A stretch of 64,000 bases of DNA from a virus (IMGVR_UViG_3300021399_000154:5547-69546), one strand, 5' to 3'. Shown: positions 46,401-57,795, counted from the first letter of the stretch. Notes: generated by a model not told the origin, from the sequence alone. Numbers and translations: made by a program.

Positions 46401-48220
46401 GTGATGGATGTTTTACTTTAACTTTTGATAATGAAGCAGATTTTATAACATAGAATACATAGTTATATATATCTTTTCAAGTCCAAACTCCAAATAGTTT
46501 ATTAAATGGTGGAGATGCTTCTATTACAGCTGAAGGTGAAGATTATGTTATTAAAGGTAATAATGGAGCTCCTATTATTAATACTCATACAGGTGTGGGT
46601 GAATTTGTTTTACCAAACACAGTACAGCGCACTTTTTCCGCAAGTGCTTCTATATTAAAATTAAAAGATGGTGCTTCATTTAGTGCAGTATGGTATATTA
46701 ATGATCAGCAAGTACAAAGTAATGATGATATTATTTATACACAGGCAAGTGAATTATCTACTGATCATAAAACTTATACTACAACATTAACTATAACTAT
46801 TAACAAGGTTCAAGGAGATTTATCTACCTTAAGTGAACAAGAATTAACGGTTCAAATTATATATGATGGAAAATCGGATTAGTAGTCTTTTGGAACTATA
46901 AAGATTGATCGGCAGATCACTTTAACATGGCCTCAAGATTTTGAGTAGACGAATATATTATCATTACTAGAGAATCCAAATACCATTTTATTACAATAGA
47001 ATAGTTATAATTATAATATTAATATACAAAATACTATTAATGCTACTCAATTTTAGTGGATAATCATACCTAATAATTCTCTTCAAGGAATTCATTTAAT
47101 CGCTTCTTCTACTCAAGCGCAAACTTCTAATGATGAAAGATATAGTGTTTCATTAATCATAGAAGATAATATTATTATAGGTTCACAATTAAGTATTCAA
47201 ATTCCTAGGATGGATGATAATAATAATTTACGAGATAATGGAACCCAAATTAAATGTATTTGTAGTAATAGTGCGGGAAAAAGCAGCGAATACGTTTTCC
47301 CAGAAGAAGGGTATAAAACTTTACAAGTTGCTTATCCAATGATATTATAGGATATTTCAGAAACAGTTAATTGGTGGCCTATGCCTGTAGCAAAATCATT
47401 AGGCAATATTATTTTTTCAGTTCCAAAGAGTGTCATTAATGATAAATTATCTCCTTAGGAATTATTTACAATAAATCCAAATATTTATATATTAAGGAAT
47501 AATCAACTTGTGGAAAACGGTTTTAAAAATGCTGATGTTGAATTTTTTACTACAGTTATACGTGATGATACTTTAAGTGCTACAAATAAAGTATTTTATC
47601 AAGTTCAATTATCAGGACAGGTAAATGCATCAATGTCTACTAGTACTGAAGTTAATACATGGTTAGAGAATAATTTTACAGAAAATGACATAATTAATGC
47701 CGCGATAGAAATTTTATTAAATGCTAATTCAAATGTAAAAGTTTCTGGCATTATTAGAATTAATAGATATTCTAGTGAGCCACAAATACAAAACGGCAGT
47801 TCTACTTCTGGAAATATATATCAAAATAACAACGGTATGATAACAATTCAGTATAATAATGCAACCTTGAAAAATGCGAATAATACTTTAGCACAATCTG
47901 TCCAATTAAATCTTCATGATATTTTAGATTTAAATATGGATTCAGTTCAATCAATAACTTGGAAATATGGTGGAACTACTTCTGGAATATATTGGTACGA
48001 CATACCTGATCAACAATCTATAAATATTACAAGACAAAAAGTATAGGGAAATTTAAGTGGTATAACACAATATGGTATTCAGAATAATTCCCTTGTTCCG
48101 CCAGGCGCACCAGTTAGTATTACTATACATGGTATGGATCAACAAATTTATTTATAGGCTTCTAATCCTTATGGAACTATTCGTTCTAAACTTATTACTT
48201 TTTCACCCTTATCTAATTAA
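43424..48220 (+). CDS. Tal/baseplate hub-like tail protein, N-part with long beta-rich extension (~1,598 aa)
   Basis: AGGAGG RBS; YEVSLWSL...CEGLAFHELGKIG...ESNIYNITQTLAETF; one frame to TAA 48220. Confidence 0.7.
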
Positions 48221-48235
48221 AGGAGGTGACAATAC

Positions 48236-50902
48236 ATGAGTGATGAAAGTTCTTTTAATTATTTGACTAAGCGTGCGTTAACACTAGGTTCAGGTTGTCA
48301 ACTTATGTTTATTCGTAGGACTGAAGAAGTTAATGGTACAGAAACTTCAAAAATTATTCCAGTATTAATGTTAACTGGTGTTAACAGGTTCGGTAGCAAA
48401 GAAAATAAAGATAGCGAAGAAAATAAAGATCTTGACGGAATACGTATTACTACAGATATTGCGCAAGGGTGTGTAGGTATTGTCACTACTGAATTAAATA
48501 ATTAGAATAAATTAATTACAGAGGTTAAAAATGCAATTAAGGTTAATCCCTCTGATGGATAGAATTCTGACTGGATTACTACGCTTAAGCATGATAAAGA
48601 TGCAGTCGTATACCCGCGTATTTTTATTAAATCGCTACAAGTGAAAACTAATTCAGATGCGTTAGTATTAAAATATGAAGATGAAGAAAATTTAGATTAG
48701 AATCAAATTATTAATTATGTTCCATTAAAAGAGTATGAAGAATATTCGGTATTAACTCGAAGTCTGGAGTAGTAGTATGTCTTAACATTAAAACCTGAAG
48801 TGGTGGTTAAGAAAGGTGCATACGGTACAATAGATGGTTCTATTGCTACGCGCCAAGCGACTCTTAATTATACTATTTCTAATGCAGATACATCAATTTA
48901 TCTTGACGCAATTGAAGTATTAAAAGAGAATGCGATGCCTAAAGTAGAATATGATGTTAAACCAAATGTATTCGCAACTAAATATTGTGAAACATTATAT
49001 AATAAATTAGGCAACATTATCCGCATTAATGATAATGAATTAAAGTTTAAAAATATTAGAGGATATATTTCAGGTTTAACTTTAGACTTAGATAATCCTG
49101 ATGAGGATACAATTGAAGTAAAAAATTATAAAACAAAATTTGAAGACCTATTTTCTACTATTACCGCGCAAACTGAAGCTATGAAAAAAAATAACGGACT
49201 AATGTAGTCCGTTGCCGCCGCATTTACTTCTTCTGGTGAATTATCAGAGACAGTATTACAATCTTCTATTAGAAAAGTAGATTTAGATTATGCATTTAAT
49301 AATGGTAAATTAACCATTGATGAGCACAATGGTATTTGGGGTACTAGTGATACTGGAGTAGTTGCATTCCGAGGTGGCGGTATTTTTACCGCAACTGAAA
49401 AAAACACTTAGGGAAATTGGAAATGGAATACTGGTATTACTCCAGAAGGTATCAACGCAGATTTAATTACAACTGGCCAATTAGATACTAATTTAATTAA
49501 AATTTATTCAGGCGATAATGTACGTTTCCAAATGAATGGCGATGGCATTTTTGCTTATAAAAGTAAAACTACTTACATTGACAAACCTTCACAAGCTGAA
49601 AATGCCGACCTCAAACCAGATGGTGAAGAGACGGTTTCTGCACAAGAAAGTATTGATAATTTACAGTATGTACGTTTTTGTGATGAAGGGTTGATACTTG
49701 TCGCAAAAAAAGGTGCAAAAGTTTTAAATAATACCAAAAGCGGTTACATTACTGTATTAGAAGGCCAATATGTACCGGGAAATGAAATTAAACGTGTTGA
49801 AATTGGATGGAGAGGCTTAATTCTACGCAACTGGAAAAATGAAGATGTATTTTATGCAGATGCTGATACTGGTAATTTAACATTAACAGGTAGAATAATA
49901 GCTACTTCAGGTAAAATTGGAGCTTGGAATATTGATAATAATAAGATTTGGGCTGATAGTGCCGCGAATGATGAAACTTATACTACATTTGTAGCATTAA
50001 ATGCAGGTGGCACAAGTAGTGATGCACTAGTAAAAAGTGATGGTACAGCATATCTTGATAATAACAATAATGAATTACGAGTTTCTACTAAAGATTATGC
50101 ATTTTGGGCAGGTAGTCCAAATCCTGCCGAAGCAAAGTTTTCTATTAAAAAAGATGGAACGTTAAAAGCTACAGCTGGTCAAATTGGTGGATGGAATTTA
50201 TCTCCTGATTTATTATATAATATTGATAGCTTAATTTTAGCCCCAGGCGCGAAGGGAAAGGGAGAAACTGAAATACTGGTTCCTATACAAAGTGTAAATG
50301 AAAAGGGTGAATTAGAATGGGATGACAATGGAGACCCTGTATATTAGAAATACGAAAATGGTAAAATTAAATATGAAACAAAAAAAGTTTCTTATCAAGA
50401 TACTATTTTATGGGTACCATCAGAAGCTAAAAGAGCTGAGTATAAAGATGAGAAAAGGGAAAATAAATTACCTATTGTTGACACTCTAGGCGGTGCTGTT
50501 CTTACTATTTCTAAGGATGGTGATCTTACTGCTGCATCAGTTAACGGATGGAAACAAGCTTGGATGGCAGGAGATTCATATATCATACGAAGTGCTAGTT
50601 CTTCAGGTATGTCATTAAGAAATTTAAAAACAGGCGGGACAAAATGGGTTTCTTTTAATAACCTCAACGGTGCGACTGCCACCCTTCACGTTGAGGGAAA
50701 AGGTGTAACTAGTGGTGGCAATAAAGAAGGAAATTGGAGTAATAAGGGACTAGATTTATCGGTTACTGTTACTCTTAGCAACGGGCAACAAAAAAAATTA
50801 TCATTAGGATCCTATGCATTAAAAATTAGTTGTTCAAAAACATGGGCTTCTGCTAGTTTTGGTGGAAAGAGTGTAGGGTGCGGTGTTCCTAAAAGTAATT
50901 AA
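48236..50902 (+). CDS. Tail tip protein, C-part of the Tal-like family (888 aa)
   Basis: AAGGAGGTGA RBS; NYKTKFEDLFS..TA, GITPEGINADLITTGQLDT and repeated G.IGGW motifs. Confidence 0.75.
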
Positions 50903-50906
50903 ATAT

Positions 50907-50940
50907 AAAAGGAGACTCATTCTTGAGTCTCCTCTTTTTT
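50907..50940. terminator. Bidirectional intrinsic terminator between convergent modules
   Basis: AAAA-GGAGACTCA-TTCT-TGAGTCTCC-TCTTTTTT. Confidence 0.85.
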
Positions 50941-51315
50941 TATTATCCAATCAATCTGTACCATTTCTTTTGGAGTCATTTCAATATCTTCAAAATCATC
51001 TAAATCTAATGTGACTGCATTTAATTCAATTTGTGTATCATTTAAAATAGCGATTTCTTTATTATAATCGGGAATATTATCCTTCATAATTTGTACATTC
51101 CCATCTACACTTACAATAATTTCACCATTTTCATCTTTTTCACAATATTTATTCAGTAGTTCTCTGCGCGCCTTATCATATAGCTCTAATTCATTAGAAA
51201 CTGCCTGAATAACTTTTCCAACTTTATAAGCTAGCTTTCCACGTAAGGGCTTATCACCTAATACTTTTAACGCTTCGGCACTATTAACTAAGTCAACTAA
51301 TTTAACTTCAATCAA
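50917..51315 (-). CDS. Conserved hypothetical protein (132 aa)
   Basis: Intact ORF with TTGA overlap to the resolvase gene. Confidence 0.75.
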   Translation of the reverse strand: MIEVKLVDLVNSAEALKVLGDKPLRGKLAYKVGKVIQAVSNELELYDKARRELLNKYCEKDENGEIIVSVDGNVQIMKDNIPDYNKEIAILNDTQIELNAVTLDLDDFEDIEMTPKEMVQIDWIIKKEETQE

Positions 51316-52055
51316 ATATCTTCACCCCAACTTGACTTATTACTTTTTAAGATACTACAAAAATATTTTCCAATACAAATTGCATCTGCTTCATCTTGTG
51401 TACAATCTTGTCCATACCATAACTTTACTTTATCTTGTGCTTGTTTCTTTTTGGTTTCTCTTCCAGTCCCATTACCAACATCACAATACTTCCGCCATTG
51501 TGTCGCATATACTAAATCATGGTCAATACTCGCTTCAAAAATTGCATCAAGTAGTACTCCTTGTAACCGCGCGAGCGCGCGATAAGTTTCAACTTGATAA
51601 TTATTTCCATTGCCGAAAGCTTGTAATTGTATCGCTTCTAAACCAATGAAATCTGGTTCCCATTCTTCCATTGCGGCGATAAGCCACTTCTTCATAGTAT
51701 TGATGCGGGCTTCGGTAGATAACTCTTTATCTACCTTATAAATCCCATAATATACTAAATCATTATTATCAAAAATAGCATATCCAGTGATATTAGTTGC
51801 TGCGTCTAATGCTAAAATACGAGTTGTGTCAATCTTCTTGATTGGCACCTTATTTTTTTTGATCTTATAAGGATCGCCAGCCAAACATTTTTCACATAAC
51901 ATATGTTTGCGCCAGTTACCATAACTTTGTAATTGTTTATGGCCTTTTGGGCACTACATTTCTAATTCTGTATTTAAATTTTTATAAGTGTCGCTAAGCA
52001 ACTTCCAGCCTTCTTGCTCTAAATGATTAGCGACACTATAAATATTAATAGGCAT
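51312..52055 (-). CDS. ruvC: RuvC-like Holliday junction resolvase with N-terminal zinc ribbon (247 aa); 1 TAG
   Basis: ILALDAAT, GLEAIQ and DEADAI motifs; N-terminal M*CPKGH...CEKC reached by TAG read-through from ATG 52055. Confidence 0.8.
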
Positions 52056-52873
52056 TATTTACCTGTACTGCCAAAGCCGCCAGATGACCTATCTGTTTCT
52101 TGTAGCTGGTCTACGACTTTAGCTTTAAAGTGATAATTAGGCATGACCATTAATTGCGCGATTCGGTCGCCCTTATTAATAGTATAATCAGAATCAGAAA
52201 GATTATCATATAGTACGCCAAGCGGGCCTAAATAACCGCTATCAATTATTCCTGCACTATTGCTTAGCCGCAGACCAGTCTTGGCGCCGATGCTAGAACG
52301 TGGGAAAATCATAGCCATCCATCCTTCTGGAAGTTGAATATGAACACCAGTTCTTACCATATTTGATAGTGAATGCGCGGGTAGTACCATAGTATCCGCC
52401 GCGTAAAGGTCAGCCGCGGCATCTGTCTTATGCGCGTATGTAGGTTCTTGTGCGCCTTCATCTAAAGTCATTGGCAAAATAATATGATAGTTATGATATT
52501 GATCACTAATCTCAGTAAATGCATTAATGATGGGATTAAAAATAGCATTTAATAGCCTACGCTGGTTATCACTTGGATTTAAATCATTAACCAAGGCTTG
52601 AATTTCTTGTTGAAAGTGTTGAATATAACTTACAACCTCTTCTTGCTTGATCCCTTGATCATCAAAATTGGCCTTTAATTGCTGTATAGTACCAGGTGTT
52701 AAAATATCGGCAATAACATTTTCAGTAGTAGTAATTAGAGAAACTGTCATTTCTTCTGTCAGCATCTCGTCATCCATTTCCATCACTTGATTAATAATAT
52801 CTTGAAAATTTTCAATTGATGGATTATCTGGTAAAATTTCATTTAATCGCGCGCGAATTTCTTCTTGTTCCAT
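52055..52873 (-). CDS. dut: Trimeric dUTPase with ~125-aa acidic N-terminal extension
   Basis: AAADL, PRSS, GIIDSGYLG, GDRIAQL and RSSGGFGSTG motifs. Confidence 0.92.
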   Translation of the reverse strand: MEQEEIRARLNEILPDNPSIENFQDIINQVMEMDDEMLTEEMTVSLITTTENVIADILTPGTIQQLKANFDDQGIKQEEVVSYIQHFQQEIQALVNDLNPSDNQRRLLNAIFNPIINAFTEISDQYHNYHIILPMTLDEGAQEPTYAHKTDAAADLYAADTMVLPAHSLSNMVRTGVHIQLPEGWMAMIFPRSSIGAKTGLRLSNSAGIIDSGYLGPLGVLYDNLSDSDYTINKGDRIAQLMVMPNYHFKAKVVDQLQETDRSSGGFGSTGK

Positions 52874-52884
52874 ATGTATTCTCC

Positions 52885-53091
52885 TTAGTCATTAAAAGTT
52901 CGTTCTATTGTAACGACTGTCCAGCTATCAACTATTTCTCCTTTCGACTTCTTTGTCTTTAGGACATAGCCGGACTTAGTTACTGTGTAATCTTGTGTAA
53001 GTTGACCATCTTTAGCTTCTTGAATCATGTTCATTGCTTCATCTTCAGTATCAACGCGATATACTTCAGTTGTTTTCAGTAGTACTTTCAT
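52885..53091 (-). CDS. Hypothetical protein (68 aa)
   Basis: MKVLLKTTEVYRVDTEDEA...; GGAG RBS. Confidence 0.7.
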   Translation of the reverse strand: MKVLLKTTEVYRVDTEDEAMNMIQEAKDGQLTQDYTVTKSGYVLKTKKSKGEIVDSWTVVTIERTFND

Positions 53092-53419
53092 TTTCTTCAA
53101 TCTCCTTTTGTTTCTTTTCATTTAGTTCTCGTAGACTTTTAATTAGTTCAATATAATTTAGTTTTTGTGCGGTTTCGGCAATTGTTTCCGCCTTACTTTT
53201 AATTCGGCGCTTATTCCTTTTTAGCCATGCTCTTCGTTGCGCGCGATTCATAGGTGGCATATTTTCTTGAATCTTTTTGCGCGTAAATTCTTTAATATTA
53301 TTTAATACGTCATCTGCGGTTTCCCCGCCAACGAGATTTGTTGCTTCTTCTTCTGATACGCCTTGCGCTTCTGCAAAACGCGCAAGCAATTGTTCCTTGC
53401 TTAAATTTTCTTCACTCAT
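53066..53419 (-). CDS. Hypothetical protein (117 aa)
   Basis: Intact ORF with ATGA coupling. Confidence 0.7.
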   Translation of the reverse strand: MSEENLSKEQLLARFAEAQGVSEEEATNLVGGETADDVLNNIKEFTRKKIQENMPPMNRAQRRAWLKRNKRRIKSKAETIAETAQKLNYIELIKSLRELNEKKQKEIEENESTTENN

Positions 53420-53709
53420 AATACTACCTCTAATACATTTTTAATTGTTTCGTATTCTTGTTTATTATTTAAACCAAACATTGTAAATAATTTATCATTA
53501 TGTGCGATAAGAGGAATTTCAATTTTACTTGTCATACTTTTAATAATATCATCTATTAATTCATAATAACTTGATGTTATTGATATAGTGTCTTGTTTTG
53601 TTTGGAATGTAATTTTACCAATTTTCCCAAGAATTACCATGTATTTATCATCATTTTTTACTAACGCTATAAGCCAATCTTTAATAAATTTTATTTCTTG
53701 AAACTCCAT
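53416..53709 (-). CDS. Hypothetical protein (97 aa)
   Basis: GGAGG RBS; intact ORF. Confidence 0.65.
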   Translation of the reverse strand: MEFQEIKFIKDWLIALVKNDDKYMVILGKIGKITFQTKQDTISITSSYYELIDDIIKSMTSKIEIPLIAHNDKLFTMFGLNNKQEYETIKNVLEVVL

Positions 53710-53711
53710 TT

Positions 53712-54662
53712 TTAGCCTCCTCCGCCTGCATTCTTATTAAATCCATATTCTTGGCTCTTAAAAAAATTAATATAATATTTTTCTAATTCATTAAGTTGTT
53801 CTTTTTCACAATAAATAATTGGCTCAATAGTCCAATTCCAAAAGCCTGTTTTCCATATCTAATGATGTACCGCTTGATCTGCGATTGTAGAGATTCCAAT
53901 ACTTGATTTTATATGGTCCGTAATACGTTTTTTGATATTAGTGCTTTTCCCAATATAACATTTACCATTATTGATAAAAGTTAATTTATAGATACCAGGT
54001 TTATCTTCTATGCCAGCGCGTTTAAATGTATCATCAATGTATGGTTTAACATATTCAGACCATACTAATTTATTAATTACATCAGGATGCTTTACTTGCT
54101 GTGAGACTTGCGTAATTAAAAAGTTTATATCTTCTTTATATTCATCGGGCACTTGTATTGTATAATACAATCGCTGTTGTTGTTCCATTTCTAATTGCTT
54201 TAAAGGTGTAATTAAACTATTATACTTCTACTACATGAATTGTAAATTAGTAGTTAATTCAGTTGTGCGCGCTTGACATTCAGCTTCTACCTGTTCTGCC
54301 GCGTCTGTAGCAACCTTTACTCGTTTTTCGCACTTTTCGATTTGTTGCTAACAATATATATCATAAGTATCGGCTAATTCACTTTTTCGTTTTTCTAAAT
54401 CTGCTTCTAATTGTTGTTCTCGTTGCGCTTTTAATTCTGAAAAATATGTATTTAAATCCTTATTCTTGAGAAGCATAACATCGTTATGCTACATTAAAGC
54501 TGTTTTTATATCTTTCTAAATATCAGATAATACTTGTTGTTTTCCATGAATCTCTGCATCTAAATTAAATAGTTCACTTTTATCTAAAATTTGCTGCTTT
54601 TGTAATTTTAAAATTAATATTATAATAACAATAATTAAAATCCCGCTAATACCCCAGCCCAC
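53712..54662 (-). CDS. Membrane-anchored coiled-coil GIY-YIG nuclease (316 aa); 6 TAG
   Basis: N-terminal TM helix ILIIVIIILIL, coiled coil, PGIYKL...CYIGKS...R, ELEKYYI...GFN. Confidence 0.75.
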
Positions 54663-54693
54663 TAATTTCACCTACCTATTTTCTTTATACCTT

Positions 54694-54722
54694 ATTATAT
54701 CATAGTTTTATAAAAAAGTCAA
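54694..54722 (-). promoter_or_regulatory. sigmaA promoter
   Basis: TTGACT-17-TATAAT with TG. Confidence 0.85.
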
Positions 54723-54725
54723 ATA

Positions 54726-54765
54726 AAAAGAAAAAAGGACGAGATGTATATTACATCTCGTCCTT
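54726..54765 (-). terminator. Intrinsic terminator over the FTR stop codon
   Basis: 14-bp perfect stem AAGGACGAGATGTA-TAT-TACATCTCGTCCTT plus T-run. Confidence 0.85.
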
Positions 54766-54948
54766 AATATATAAGCCGCAATGGCAGGTTTGTCCAACGG
54801 GTACTTGTTCACGCATTTCTTTACAAATGCATTTATAATCCTCATTTCCCTTACTATTTAAAACGCAAGGGCAATATCCGTCATTTTCACGCAGCCCCGC
54901 GCGAATAGCCGCGACTATTTCTTTATCTTCATTAATATGTATTTTCAT
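54751..54948 (-). CDS. Ferredoxin-thioredoxin reductase catalytic subunit-like (65 aa)
   Basis: GYCPC...CIC...CHCGLY. Confidence 0.8.
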   Translation of the reverse strand: MKIHINEDKEIVAAIRAGLRENDGYCPCVLNSKGNEDYKCICKEMREQVPVGQTCHCGLYIKDEM

Positions 54949-55430
54949 GATATTTTCTCCGCATATTGATTATTACTTGCTAAATTAACTCCTAGCGTTT
55001 CATCGTAATGTGGTTCATAACCAACTAAATAAGGTCCATATTTTATAATTATGTTTTTATATTGCTGTAATGTGGTTAAACAAGTCAATTCACTTCTTGC
55101 ATAGCCAGTATAAATAATAATAGGGTCATCACACTTTTTTTCTATACGAATAAATTTAATTAAATCCAATAATTCTTTTTCTGAATCAAATGGCTCTAAT
55201 CCTTGACAACAAAAACCTTTAGTAATAGGATTTTGTTGGTATAAACCCCATATTTCATTAAATGAAATTTCTATATCTGGCTCAATGGCAAGCGCACTAT
55301 TTTGGCATACTTGGCATTTATTTATTTTATCACACTTAAAAGTACAAAACGGAAATTCCAAAGTGAGGACAGGCTCTTTATAATTTACAAAATCACAATC
55401 AATAATTCCTTTAATTGTCATTTCTATCAC
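54945..55430 (-). CDS. nrdG: Anaerobic RNR activating protein (radical SAM)
   Basis: CTFKC...CQN cluster motif, GLEPF, IYTGY and IKYGPY; next to nrdD. Confidence 0.8.
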   Translation of the reverse strand: MIEMTIKGIIDCDFVNYKEPVLTLEFPFCTFKCDKINKCQVCQNSALAIEPDIEISFNEIWGLYQQNPITKGFCCQGLEPFDSEKELLDLIKFIRIEKKCDDPIIIYTGYARSELTCLTTLQQYKNIIIKYGPYLVGYEPHYDETLGVNLASNNQYAEKIS

Positions 55431-55659
55431 CTATATTATATTTACAATGTATCATAGAGCATTCGCCAGAGAAAGTATAAAAAAAACAATCATCACATTG
55501 CGAATGGAGTGGACACCATTCTGGTCTTTTAGTTTTATAATCATCACATTCCCAAGCTGCGCTGCAGAGTCGGCCATGACAGTAATGAAACTCTTCATCT
55601 AATAATGGACAAACAAAGCAATCAGAGGGCTTTTCAATATCAAATTGTATTTGTATCAT
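55411..55659 (-). CDS. Small Cys-rich hypothetical protein (82 aa)
   Basis: CFVCP...RPEWCPL...CDDC. Confidence 0.65.
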   Translation of the reverse strand: MIQIQFDIEKPSDCFVCPLLDEEFHYCHGRLCSAAWECDDYKTKRPEWCPLHSQCDDCFFYTFSGECSMIHCKYNIGDRNDN

Positions 55660-57795
55660 TTATATGCTCCCATTGACGCATCTTAAATTCTTGTTTTCTT
55701 TCTTTACTCCAAGTTTTTATAGGGGTGTAAACTTTTATACCCTCGGTTTCCCGATATTTATTAGGGGAATAGACTATACCATTATCTTTTTAGATATCCT
55801 TTGGTAGTCGTTGGGGCCACGGGTGCCTGCGGATTACCCAATTCTTTAAACTTTTACACTAAGGTGTTAAAGACTCTAAGGGCTTCCCCGCATATTCAGG
55901 ATTTCTTATTTTAAATCGTGTTATATTATTTCTAATATATTGGGCAATACACCATTTTACCCTACGATTCTTGTATATTCAGTTACAACCTCACCACCGC
56001 AAACTGGACATTTAGTACCGTAAAAAGCGTGGTTGCGTGCACAAGCTTGAATTTTGGTATTAAATGCAAAATACGTGAGTCCTTGATCCGCAATATAATT
56101 TACTGCTTCCCAAGCCTTTTCAAAAGTATCAAATGGTGCATCAATATTTAAATGGGCAATTGAGCCACCATTACAATAACTATCAAATAGAGATGCAATA
56201 CGAATGCGTTCCGCGATGGTTGTTTTAATTCCTAAAGGAACAAATTGATTAGCATAAAGTGGAAGATCTTTAATTACTTTTGTAGGATAAAGTAATTCAT
56301 CTGCTTTTTGCATTTTTGCTGCTGCTTGCTCCCCTGGAATTTGTTCAATAGATACTTTATAATTTTTATCTTTAATGAAATCTGTTTTACATTTGGTAAT
56401 AACGTTAAATATTTTTTCACCAAACGCATCGGCTTCTTTAGAATAATAAGTATTCCCTAATTTATCTTGCTTAGTATAACCAAAATATTTTATTGTTTCA
56501 TAAATTCCAATAACGCCTATTGTATTATATTGTGTGTTAATATCAATTAATCCATCACAGTAATTAGGTAATAAGCCCTTTTCATGATTGCGAATAATTA
56601 TATTTCGTACTACATCAAGAACTTTTAAATCTAATTCAACTAAATGTTTTAATCGCGTTAAATACTCTTCTTCAGAATTAGTTTCATAAGCAATACGTGC
56701 GAGATTAATTGTTGAAACTTTAACGGAACCTACTCGAAGAGCAGTACCGCCAATACTAGAAAAAAATCCTAAATCATCAATATTGGATTTTAGGCGGCAA
56801 CAGTTACTTAAGCTGGTAACACTATCACTCGTAAATAGATTAGAATCACTCCATTTTCTATTATGTTCAATTGCCCACTTCGCAAATTCTTCATCTTCAA
56901 AATGATGATTCTTATAAATCATTGAAATTGAACTTACGGGAAAAGTAAACATATTTTTAGAACGAATGTCGCTCATTACCTCAAGAAAAACTTTTTGAAA
57001 TTGTTTAATATTATCTAATTCATCAATCATAAATGCTCCATCTGGAAATTGCGCTGCGCCAAAAAGAGCTTCTAAATAAGGGGTATCAAAAAAATTAACG
57101 TTAGTAAATGCAGATTGAATTGAATCTCGTACAGCCGGTTGATTGACTGCATAGATAAAACGTTGAATGTTTTGCTTGGCATAAGTCTCAGGGTCTTTTG
57201 TGTAATAATTTGCTGCGACATCGCGACTCCAAAAATAATACATATAAGGAATTAAGTCTGGTAGTCCACATGCGCCAGAAGTAAGATTGCTATTATAGCT
57301 AATAAACTCTTTCACAAAATCAATAAAAGTAGTTAAATGTTGTGCCGGCTCATAATTAAAATCTGTTAAAAAGAAAAGACCTTCTTCGGCTAAACGTTTA
57401 AGAGTATAGGCATAACAGTATGGCTTAAAAGTGCTAGTATCAGCGTCATGTAAATATAAACCTCGGTTCCACTATAATTCTAGCCATTCATTAGCAGTTT
57501 TAAAACCATATTGCTTATTAAGTTCATAATAAATTTTATTATATGCTAACAATTTCCGATGCGGTTTCGGCATTTCATTCATTAATGTTCGCATATCTTT
57601 ATGCCCAACATTTGCGTTTCCATCTACAGATGCATCAGCGACAGTATCTTTATCAATAAAATTATCAATAAAATCAGTATAAGATAATTGATTATCGCCA
57701 AAACCATTTAAATAAGCAAATTCTTCTCCATATTTTTCGCTCATTCTATTATAAGCGGTTGTAAAATTTTTATTAAGTCGTACTTGTATATTCAT
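55640..57795 (-). CDS. nrdD: Class III anaerobic ribonucleotide reductase, complement(join(55640..55731,55959..57795)), ~642 aa; 1 TAG; no ATP cone
   Basis: YLHD, SNCCRL finger loop, VSTINL, CxxxH and CPVC zinc motif, spliced glycyl-radical motif TRIVG|FYTP; TAG at 57472-57474. Confidence 0.92.
55732..55958 (-). ncRNA. ORF-less group I intron in nrdD (227 nt)
   Basis: Exon GGGU pairs with IGS GCCC; P 55884-96, Q 55827-35, R 55805-13, S 55770-78; terminal G at 55732. Confidence 0.9.

Noticed and set aside
18825-50902. Fragmented ORFs read as pseudogenes or a decaying prophage
   Set aside because: Fragments stay in one frame, are broken only by TAG, keep family motifs, and no frameshifts were seen.
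38240-50902. Diversity-generating retroelement acting on tail genes
   Set aside because: No reverse transcriptase and no template/variable repeat pair was noticed in the window.
48236-51315. Lysis cassette (holin/endolysin) after the tail genes
   Set aside because: The tail operon ends at a bidirectional terminator, and no amidase/muramidase motifs or holin-like ORF were found.
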